Positions 41,221 through 49,244 of a stretch of DNA of 64,000 bases are shown one piece after another (position 1 is the first letter of the stretch; each line of letters starts with the position of its first letter). The stretch is from Planctomycetota bacterium (lineage in GTDB: Bacteria > Planctomycetota > GCA-002687715 > CAIWVZ01). Both the position numbers and the translations under genes were made by a program. The DNA is taken from assembly GCA_044222185.1 (NCBI GenBank), contig JBGANV010000001.1:160001-224000 (forward strand), in the 5' to 3' direction. Below the pieces are notes generated by a model, which was not told the DNA's origin, ran no database searches, and was given only the letters and a program-made list of their open reading frames with translations.

Positions 41221-43005
41221 TCACCGCAGTTCGAGTTCGAGAGTCTGCTTCAGCTCCTGCGGTGGCAGGCAGGACCGCGCGTCGCAGACGATGGCGGTCA
41301 CGGTCACGTCGATCGCCTGCTTGCCCGCGACGGCCTCCGGGCGCCTGCGAAAGTCCTGGCGGAACGTCACGGTCCCCGAGAATTGCGCCTCGTCACCTTC
41401 CGCGGTCTTGTGGGTCGTCGTGGGGGCGGGGACGACGAGCTTGCCGGCGGCCAGGAGGTCTCGGCCCGGTCCGATCACGACCTCCATCGGGTACCCCGCC
41501 GTCGTCGACGGCGAGTATCCGTGCCAGCCCTCGTCGAACGTGACGTCGATGCGGACCGTGACCACCCCCTTGGCCGCGTCGGTCGTCGCCCGGGTGCGCA
41601 CGTCGACGTGTTTTCCGTGGGTCGTCGATTCGGTCGATGTGGCCTTTGCCGGGGCGGGATCGGCTCCGTGGCCCGTGGAGGGCTGCGTGTTCACGAACCA
41701 CCGGTAGCCACCGAAGTCGCTGAAGTACAGGCGCGAGCGGTTGGCATCGAACCAGGTTCGCAGGGCGGCGGCGCCGTTCGAGGGTGCCTCGGGCGCGTAG
41801 CGCGCAAGGAGCCGTTGGGCGAGTGCATCGCTCGGGTCCTTCTCCAAACGCGCAACGATCTGCGCGAAGAACTCCGGTTTGCGGTTGGAGCCACCGAGCG
41901 CCACGACGTCCTCGTCGACGACGTGGACGTTGCGGTCGCCCGAGCCCTTCGTCGCATGCACGGCCTCCATGTGATCGAGGAACCACCGCTTCAGATTCGG
42001 GTAACTCCCCGAGGCGTGCTCGACGGTCGCGGCGCCGAAGTACCTCGTCGCGGACTTGGCGTCGAACGTCGCGACGGCGGTCTCGCTACCGAGGATCGCC
42101 GGAGTCTTGTCGTTCATCTGGGAGGCGACCCACAGCTCCACGATCACCCACTCGCGCGGACTCGCGACCTTCTTCTGGATCGGGTGCTGCCCGTCGAATT
42201 GCCTCATCCAGCAGATGGCGTTCGTCAGCACGTCCTTCGCCGATTCGGTCATGATCTGGGGTGAGCACGCGAATCCCCAAAGGAAGTAGTTGGCCTGACG
42301 ACCGAGGGCGAGGGAGTCGGGGCCCTTGGAGTTGATCCCGCTGGAAATCCACTCGCAGTCCGGCGAGTCCTCGAAGCCGAATCCGTCCGAGACCATTCCC
42401 ACGTTGTCCAGGGGGCGTCGCGAGTCGGATCCCTTGGAGTCCGTCGCGGGTCTGGGCGGCTGCTCGAAGACCTTCCAGGCACGGAGGGATGGGGGCACTG
42501 CGCGCGGCGCGTAGTGGGAGTAGTGCTCGGGGACCGAGAGGTCCTCGAGCGTGATGGCGGCCTTGAGAGGTGTGTTGAAGATCGGGTGGTCGAGGCGCAT
42601 CCCGTGCGCCATCTCATCGAGGCACAGTCAAAGCCAGCCGATCTTGCTCGACTTGTCTGCGGCCTTTCCCGCGGATGCGATCAGCACGGTCGGGCGTGAC
42701 CAGGACTCCGGGAAGCTGATGCTCTTGGTGCAGCCACTCATCTTCAGCCGGTTGCCAGGCGCCTCTTCCACGGTGCCGTCCGCGACGATGACGTCGAAGC
42801 CGGCCCCATTCGATTTCAGGAGTTCCTCCGGGGTCGTCGTGCCCACCTTCTCGAAGCGGCCTCGGAGGAAGTCCACGTAGGCCTTCTCGCGTGGCGTCCC
42901 GGGCTCTCCGGCATAGAGCACGGAAACCGGGTGGCGCGGCGGAGGTGCGGGGGAATCCTGCGGCGCGAGCGCCAGCAGGGGGAGGAGGGAGAGAGTGGCG
43001 AGCAC
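41221..43005 (-). CDS. Putative exported selenoprotein (594 aa, Sec at codon 126, U-x-C motif) with a C-terminal DsbD N-terminal-like domain
   Basis: ORFs 42628..43005 and 41221..42612 share a frame and read ...GGC TGG CTT TGA CTG TGC CTC GAT GAG ATG... = GWL*LCLDEM. The signal peptide is only in the upstream part. A hairpin lies just 3' of the TGA. The C-terminus has GWHGYS and VCDARSCLPP. Confidence 0.8.
42590..42627 (-). promoter_or_regulatory. Putative bacterial SECIS element
   Basis: mRNA reads UGA-CUGUGCCUCGAUGAGAU-GGCGCA-CGGGA-UGCGCC-UCGA. It forms a 6-bp upper stem with a 5-nt loop (G at loop position 2) starting 23 nt after the UGA, extendable to a lower stem across a bulge. Confidence 0.7.
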
Positions 43006-43080
43006 GGGAACCCCTTTCGTCGGCGGACAGGCGGCGTCCGCGGCGGATCTTAGTCCGGAAAGGGGGCGCTGGGGCGCGGC

Positions 43081-43218
43081 TCAGCCCTTCGGGGTCGTCT
43101 GGCGGCCGATTCGGCGGTGGCGCTTGATCACCTTCTTTCCGCCTTTCGTCTTCATGCGGGTCCGGAAGCCGACCTTCTTGAGCCACTTCTGCTTGCTGCG
43201 ACGGGTGTTGATTTTCAT
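43081..43218 (-). CDS. rpmH: 50S ribosomal protein L34
   Basis: 45 aa: MKINTRRSKQKWLKKVGFRTRMKTKGGKKVIKRHRRIGR, matching the L34 GFRxRMxTxxGxxVIxxRRxxGR pattern. Confidence 0.92.
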   Translation of the reverse strand: MKINTRRSKQKWLKKVGFRTRMKTKGGKKVIKRHRRIGRQTTPKG

Positions 43219-43286
43219 CGGTTTGCTCGGGTCGGGTGGGGGGATTGGCGGGCGATGGCCGCGATCTCCGACCCGAAAGAGGCGGC

Positions 43287-43316
43287 TTAATAGCAGCGAC
43301 CGAACGACAGGGTCAA
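43287..43316 (-). promoter_or_regulatory. Putative sigma70 promoter of rpmH
   Basis: Minus strand TTGACC, 18-nt spacer ending in TGC (extended -10), then TATTAA. Confidence 0.4.
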
Positions 43317-43547
43317 GCTTCGAGCCGCCCTCTTCCCGCGCTTCGGGGGGTGGCGGGGGGGGCGCGACTCGCGCGCGGCGGCAGGGTGCGCGGCGGCTCG
43401 CTCTCGCGCGACGCCGTCGTCCGTGCCCGCGGCGCCGCGGCGAAACGCCGGGAAACATGGCTTGACCTCGGGGTGGGGGCGGCGGGTAGGGTCTTGTTAC
43501 CCCGCCTTCCGACCTGCGTCCTGCATCGCGGAGGGCTCGACCCAGTG

Positions 43548-44117
43548 ATGGAGTGGCAAACATCCGAAACCGGTGATCCGCTCGTGGAGTCGCGGCAGGT
43601 TCACCAGCCGTCCGCCGAGGAAGCCCTCGTCGCACTGGCACCCGAGGTCGTCAACTTCCTCGAACATCACGTGGGCGATCCGGTCCTCGCGGCCGACATC
43701 GCCCAGGACACGCTCGCCCAGGCCTTTCAACTGCTTGGGACGCTGCGCGACATCCGGGCCCTGCGGGCGTGGGTGTTCCGCATCGCCGTCAACCGGTTCA
43801 ACGACCATCTGCGGCGCGTTCGGCGCGCACCTGCGGTCGAGGAACTCCAGGACGTCGTGGAGCGCCCCGATCACGACCGCCCCGAGCACTCGGTCATGCG
43901 GCGCGAATTGGACGACGTGATCCGGAGCTCCGTCGCACAACTCCCGGAGCGCCAACGGACGGTGTTCCTCCTCCACGACGCGAAGGGCATGTCCCACCCG
44001 GAGATTGCGGCTCTTCTCAACATCACTACCGATGCGGTGAAGACGAGCCTGTTCCACGCGCGCGAGAAGCTGCGCGAGCGACTGAACCGTTACCTCGGCC
44101 GACGCGGAAACGACTGA
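43548..44117 (+). CDS. ECF-type RNA polymerase sigma factor
   Basis: AADIAQDTL, AWVFRIAVNRFNDHLRR and LPERQRTVFLL..GMSHPEIAALLNITTDAVKTSLFHAR. Confidence 0.92.
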   Translation: MEWQTSETGDPLVESRQVHQPSAEEALVALAPEVVNFLEHHVGDPVLAADIAQDTLAQAFQLLGTLRDIRALRAWVFRIAVNRFNDHLRRVRRAPAVEELQDVVERPDHDRPEHSVMRRELDDVIRSSVAQLPERQRTVFLLHDAKGMSHPEIAALLNITTDAVKTSLFHAREKLRERLNRYLGRRGND

Positions 44118-44126
44118 GCGTCAACG

Positions 44127-45773
44127 ATGAAGGAACCCTGCCCACCGAAGACCCTCTTGCACGAGTACGTCGACGCTGCCCTCGACGGCCCGCGCCGCAG
44201 CGACTTCGAGGCGCACCTCATTCGATGCTCCGAGTGCCGCGACGCAGTTCGGCTCCTCCGCCGCATCTTCACCTTCGCGCGCGCCGTCGAGCACAGGCCT
44301 GTCCTCGACGTCTCGGCCATCGTCGCACGGGCCCGGGAGCAGGCCGCGCCGGAGATCGTGCGGCAGGCCGTCCCCGCGCCTTCGCGCTTCGGGCTCCTGC
44401 GGAGGGTCGCGCCCGTGTTGGCCGTCGCATCGTTGCTCATGGTCGTCGGCGTTGCGTCCTGGACTGCCGGCGAACATTCGATCCGTGACGGAGCTCCTGA
44501 GACGTCGCCTGCGCCCGTCGAGGCCCGACCCGTAGCCTGGACGTGGCCACCGTCCACGCTTCCGCTGGCCGAGCAGGTCCAGCGCGTCTTCGACGGCTCC
44601 GGTGCGCGCCAGGTCGCGATCCAACGCGCCGAGGAACTGCTTCGCCGGCGTCCATTCTCCGACCCGGAGCTCGTGAGCGGCTTGATGATCCTGGCTCAGC
44701 TCGGCGGGCCGGAGGCCCAGCCGTCGGTCACCCGGATCGTTCGCGCCCGCGAACTCACGCCAGAACCCTCCGCGAGCGCACTGGCGGCCACGCGGCACCC
44801 GCGGGTCGCCGCAACCATCGCCGAGCTCCTGCGCGAATCGCCGAGCGGGCTGCGGCAGCAACTCCTGGCGTCGGTGCCGGGCGAGGATGCGACGCGCTTC
44901 CTGCTCGACGAGTGGATCCGCGTGGGCCTCATCGACGGCCTGGAGCCGACGTTCCTCGAGCGAGAAGGCCTGATCACGCTGGCACGCCGCCGGGCCGTGG
45001 TCGCCTCGCGCGAAACCCGGATCCGGCTCTGGACTCTCGTGGGGCGGCTCGGCGGAGACGATGCCGTCGGCGCCCTCGAGAACGTCTGGCGGGAAGGCGG
45101 GACTCCGTCGGAGGTGATCGAGAGCCTCGCGGTGATCGGTTCGACCAAGGCCTTCGAGGCGCTCGCGCGGCGGCTGCCGAAGGTCGACGACATCGAAGAA
45201 TGGCCGCTGGATCCGGAGGTCGAGCTGATCGAGGGCGCCCTGCGCCAGCACGCGACCGTCGCCGGGCCGTGGCTCGCGCACGTCATGCGCGGGCTCGACA
45301 GCGTGTCGGACCGTCGCCGTCTGTTGATCGCCGCCGGCCTCACCCGCAGCCCGCGGGTGCTTCCAGAACTGCGGCGCGCGCTCGGCCGGTCTCAAGACCG
45401 TCGTGCCGCGATCCTGGCTCTCGCCCTCGCGGAGGACGGGGACAGCGTCCCGCACCTCGAGGCTCTCACGATGATGGAGGATCTGGGTACCCGCCGCCGT
45501 GCCGTCCGCGCGCTCGGCGCGATCGGGACCGACGACGCCGTGAAGGCCCTGGCGGGCCTGCTGCCGAAGGATCGAGAGCGGCGTCTCGTCGTCGACCTCC
45601 TGGCGAAGAGCCAGAAACCTGCCGCGACGATCGGATTGATCGACGGCCTGCGCTTCGAAGACACCCGGGAGCGCGCCGTTGCCGCCCTCAAGCTGCGAGC
45701 CGGGCCCGACGCGCCCGCGACCGCGAGTCCGGCGGCCTGGTACGCCTATTTCCGCCGATCGCCGGGGGAATGA
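44127..45773 (+). CDS. Zinc-finger anti-sigma factor with a TM segment and HEAT repeats
   Basis: EYVDAAL...FEAHLIRCSEC (ZAS motif), one TM, and HEAT-like repeats (RRRAVRALGAIG). Directly follows the sigma gene. Confidence 0.8.
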   Translation: MKEPCPPKTLLHEYVDAALDGPRRSDFEAHLIRCSECRDAVRLLRRIFTFARAVEHRPVLDVSAIVARAREQAAPEIVRQAVPAPSRFGLLRRVAPVLAVASLLMVVGVASWTAGEHSIRDGAPETSPAPVEARPVAWTWPPSTLPLAEQVQRVFDGSGARQVAIQRAEELLRRRPFSDPELVSGLMILAQLGGPEAQPSVTRIVRARELTPEPSASALAATRHPRVAATIAELLRESPSGLRQQLLASVPGEDATRFLLDEWIRVGLIDGLEPTFLEREGLITLARRRAVVASRETRIRLWTLVGRLGGDDAVGALENVWREGGTPSEVIESLAVIGSTKAFEALARRLPKVDDIEEWPLDPEVELIEGALRQHATVAGPWLAHVMRGLDSVSDRRRLLIAAGLTRSPRVLPELRRALGRSQDRRAAILALALAEDGDSVPHLEALTMMEDLGTRRRAVRALGAIGTDDAVKALAGLLPKDRERRLVVDLLAKSQKPAATIGLIDGLRFEDTRERAVAALKLRAGPDAPATASPAAWYAYFRRSPGE

Positions 45774-45878
45774 GGGCCAGCCTCCGCGGCGCGGCGCACG
45801 GGCCGGCCGCTTCCGTCGCCCTCGCCTCGTCCGCCCTGCCACTCGGCCTGACGGAGCAACCCGGTATGCTTGTCCGTC

Positions 45879-47096
45879 ATGAGAGGCATGATGTCGAGCA
45901 AGGTGATGCTGTTGGTGGCCCTCATTCCGGCCTGCGTCCGGGCACAGGCGGAGGCTGACGCCGCCTCCCGACCCCAGACCTCCGCGACGCGCCCCGCGGA
46001 CGGCGCGCCCGGTACGGCCGCGGGCGGCTGGAGGCAATGGCGCGGTGACCCGCTGAATTCGGCTTTCTCCCGCGGGAAGGCGCCCGAGTTCAAGGGGATC
46101 AAGTGGCGCTTCATCGCCGACAGCGAGATCGTGAACTCGCCCGTCTACGCGGACGGCGTGGTCTACGTGGGATCGCGTGGTGGGATGCTGCACGCCATCG
46201 ACGCGGCGGCTGGAAAGCGCGTCTGGAGCGTCCGGCACATCCCGGCGGTCGAAGGAGCCCAAACGCCCGGGTTCACCTTCAGTGCCCCACTCGTCTTCGA
46301 GGACCGGATCTGCATCGGCGCCGAGGACGGTAACGTCCACTGCGTGGCGCGCAGCGACGGACACTCGCTGTGGAAGGTCAGCCTCGGAGGCGAGGGCGAC
46401 ACCGCCAGAGTGTGGTCATCGCCGAAGACGGACGGCAAGCTCGTCTTCGTCGGATCGCTCTCCGGCTACGTCTATGCGATCGACCCGATGAAGGGCGACG
46501 TGCGATGGAAGGTGGCTCTCGGTGATTCGATCGCCGGCAGCCTCGCGATCGTGGGCGGGAAGCAGGGCATCGTTCCGGGGAAGGACAAGCGCCTTCACGT
46601 GATCGATCTGGAGAAGGGCGTCGAATCGTGGCGATGTGACGTCCCCGGGTGGTCCATGGCGGCGCCGTCGGTCGCCCTCGGCTACGCATTCATGCAGACG
46701 CGCGGCAACCATTTCATCGCCGTCGACCTCGTGGCGCGGAAGGTCGCGTGGGACTACGACGAGATGCCATCGAACACGTACTTCCAGCCTTCGCCGTGCT
46801 GCGACGGCGACCGTTGCTACGTGACGAACGGCGCGAACGTGGTCGCCATCGACACGCAAACCGGTGCGCGAGCCTGGATCTTCAAGGGGCGCGGCCCCTA
46901 CGATTGTTCGCCGACCATGGTCGGGGACTTCATCGTGTTCGGAGGGAACGATCAGGCTCTGACGGCATTGGACAAGAAGACCGGTGACGTCGCGAAGCAG
47001 GTGTTCCTGGGGGAGAAGATCCTCTCCACACCCTGCATCGTCGACGGCATCGCGTACGTGGCCGGGAACTCGGGCACCGTGTTCGCGGTGGAGTGA
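45879..47096 (+). CDS. PQQ-like (BamB-type) beta-propeller protein, exported
   Basis: Signal peptide, WRQWRGD, and repeated SPV..DG.VYVGS..G.L.AID..G...W blades. Confidence 0.9.
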   Translation: MRGMMSSKVMLLVALIPACVRAQAEADAASRPQTSATRPADGAPGTAAGGWRQWRGDPLNSAFSRGKAPEFKGIKWRFIADSEIVNSPVYADGVVYVGSRGGMLHAIDAAAGKRVWSVRHIPAVEGAQTPGFTFSAPLVFEDRICIGAEDGNVHCVARSDGHSLWKVSLGGEGDTARVWSSPKTDGKLVFVGSLSGYVYAIDPMKGDVRWKVALGDSIAGSLAIVGGKQGIVPGKDKRLHVIDLEKGVESWRCDVPGWSMAAPSVALGYAFMQTRGNHFIAVDLVARKVAWDYDEMPSNTYFQPSPCCDGDRCYVTNGANVVAIDTQTGARAWIFKGRGPYDCSPTMVGDFIVFGGNDQALTALDKKTGDVAKQVFLGEKILSTPCIVDGIAYVAGNSGTVFAVE

Positions 47097-47105
47097 GACC
47101 GGCTC

Positions 47106-47414
47106 ATGACGATCGGTGCTCGTTCGCGCGGAATCGATGAGATCGCGGTGCAGTTCCTCGTTTTCGGACGGGTCCAAGGCGTCGGCTTCCGGGAATCGAC
47201 GCTCCGCCAGGCGCTGGCCATCGGAGAAGTGCGTGGATTCGTGAGAAACCGGCGGGATGGCACCGTCGAGGTCCAGGCGGTCGGACCCGCCGATTGCCTC
47301 GCGAGGCTCAGGGCCTTTCTCGCCGTGGGGCCCCCGATCGCACGCGTCGACCGGCTGTTCGAGGAGCCGCTGGCCGACCCGCCCGCCGAAAACACCTTCC
47401 GCATCATGCGCTGA
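47106..47414 (+). CDS. acyP: Acylphosphatase
   Basis: GRVQGVGFR, GFVRNRRDGTVEVQAVG and GPPIARV. Confidence 0.9.
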   Translation: MTIGARSRGIDEIAVQFLVFGRVQGVGFRESTLRQALAIGEVRGFVRNRRDGTVEVQAVGPADCLARLRAFLAVGPPIARVDRLFEEPLADPPAENTFRIMR

Positions 47415-47540
47415 GGTCGACCTGCAAGAGGGCCGGATGGAGCGTTGATCGTCACCAGTTGCGCAATAGATTGCTTCACTTTTCGCGGGGCAGATCCCAT
47501 GGGAATCGCCTCGCGTCGTCGGAGAGCTCGAGTGGAAAAC

Positions 47541-48482
47541 ATGATTGAGGTGCGGGACCTGTGGAAGAGCTACGGCTCGTTCCATGCCCTGCTCGGAATC
47601 TCCTTCAACGTCCGACGTGGGGAGATCTTGGGATTCCTGGGGCCGAACGGTGCTGGCAAGTCGACGGCCATGAAGATCCTCACGGGGTTCATGTATCCGT
47701 CACGAGGCACCGTGACCGTGGGCGGCCTGGACGTCGTGGAGAAGTCCATCGAGACCCGCCGTCTCATCGGCTATCTGCCGGAGCACACCCCGCTCTATCC
47801 GGACATGTCCGTCCGCGAGTACCTGCGTTTTTGCGCGCAGCTTCGGGGCATGCCGTCCGCGCGGGCCCGTTCCCGCATCGACGAGGTCGTCCAGCTGACG
47901 ACGCTCACGCCCAAGTGGAAGGCGGGGATCAAGACGCTCAGCAAGGGGTACCGGCAGCGCGTCGGCATCGCCCAGGCGCTCCTGCACGAGCCGGACGTGC
48001 TGATCCTGGACGAGCCCACCGTCGGGCTCGACCCCAACCAGGTGGTCCCGGTTCGCCAGATCATTCGGGACGTCGGGCGCGATCGCACGGTCATCCTGTG
48101 CAGCCACATCCTCTCCGAGGTCGAGGCCGTCTGCGGGCGCGTCGTCATCATCAACGAGGGCACGATCGTCGGTGACGGAACGCCGCGCGAACTCGCCGAG
48201 AAGCTCTCGAGCAGTCGCATCTTCGAGGTCCGCGGCAAGGGCGATGCGGAGGCTGCGCGCGCTGCGCTCGCAAGCGTGCCGGGCGTCGTGTCCGTCGACA
48301 TGCTCCCCACGGGCGGCGATGCCGTCGCCGCGCGCGTCACGGTGGATGCGGGTGCGCAGCCCGGCCGTGACATCGCCCGTGCGTTCGACCAGAGGGACGT
48401 CGCGCTGACCGAGATCGCGTCGCGATCCGCCGGGCTCGAAGACGTCTTCCGCCAACTGACCGCCAGCACCGGAGTCCACTGA
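47541..48482 (+). CDS. ABC transporter ATP-binding protein (GldA-like)
   Basis: GFLGPNGAGKST, LSKGYRQRVGIAQA and ILDEPTVGLDPNQ. Start reassigned to MIEVRDL. Confidence 0.95.
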   Translation: MIEVRDLWKSYGSFHALLGISFNVRRGEILGFLGPNGAGKSTAMKILTGFMYPSRGTVTVGGLDVVEKSIETRRLIGYLPEHTPLYPDMSVREYLRFCAQLRGMPSARARSRIDEVVQLTTLTPKWKAGIKTLSKGYRQRVGIAQALLHEPDVLILDEPTVGLDPNQVVPVRQIIRDVGRDRTVILCSHILSEVEAVCGRVVIINEGTIVGDGTPRELAEKLSSSRIFEVRGKGDAEAARAALASVPGVVSVDMLPTGGDAVAARVTVDAGAQPGRDIARAFDQRDVALTEIASRSAGLEDVFRQLTASTGVH

Positions 48483-49234
48483 TGGGCACCACGACTGCGA
48501 TCTTCTGGAAAGAGTTCCGCGGCTTCATCAATGCGCCGCTGGCCTACATCTTCCTCACGCTCTTCCTGATCTTCCTTGGCTTCCTGTACTTCTACGGCAG
48601 CCTCACGGGGCAGGGGTTCACGAGCCTCCAGGTCAAGGAGGCGAGCCTCGAGCCGTTCTTCATGAACCTTCCGTGGGCGTTCGTGATCATCGTGCCCGCG
48701 CTGGCGATGAAGCTGTGGCCGGACGAGCTGAAGCTCGGAACCATCGAACTGTTGATGTCGTACCCGGTGCGTCCTGCGCAGGTGGTGTTCGGCAAGTTCC
48801 TCGCGGGATCGTTGCTGATCTTCGTCGCTCTCGCGCTGACCCTCGTGACGCCGTTGACCGTGTCCTCGTACGCGTTGCACGCGGGCGGACTCGACTGGGG
48901 GCCAGTCTGGGGTTCGTATGCGGCGGCCATGCTTCTCGGGGCGGCATTCCTTTCCGTCGGACTCTTCGCCGGCGCACTCTGCCGCGAGCAGGTGACGGCG
49001 TTCATCGTCGCGCTCTTCATCTGCGGCGTGCTCGTGCTGGTCGGCCAGCAGCAGGTCCTCCTGAAGCTCGGCGGGACCTTCGCGGACATCGCCCAACTGG
49101 TCTCGTTCCAGACGCGATTCGAAAGCATGGCTCGCGGGGTGATCGAGCTTCGGGACGTGATCTACTACGGAAGCTTCACTGGCTTGTTCCTCGGCCTGAA
49201 CGTCGTTGTGCTCGAGTGCCGCAAGGCCAAGTGA
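48482..49234 (+). CDS. ABC-2 type permease (GldF-like)
   Basis: AIFWKEFRGF..PLAYIF, PALAMKLWPDELKLGTIELL and RFESMARGVIELRDVIYY. Confidence 0.92.
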   Translation: MGTTTAIFWKEFRGFINAPLAYIFLTLFLIFLGFLYFYGSLTGQGFTSLQVKEASLEPFFMNLPWAFVIIVPALAMKLWPDELKLGTIELLMSYPVRPAQVVFGKFLAGSLLIFVALALTLVTPLTVSSYALHAGGLDWGPVWGSYAAAMLLGAAFLSVGLFAGALCREQVTAFIVALFICGVLVLVGQQQVLLKLGGTFADIAQLVSFQTRFESMARGVIELRDVIYYGSFTGLFLGLNVVVLECRKAK

Positions 49235-49244
49235 GGACGCATCC

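Noticed and set aside
41221-43005. Pseudogene or alternative genetic code as the explanation for the internal TGA
   Set aside because: TGA is the normal stop for most genes here, including many ATGA/GTGA overlaps, so the code is not reassigned. A single stop two codons before a Cys, with a hairpin and no other lesions, fits Sec better. A nonsense mutation is not formally excluded.
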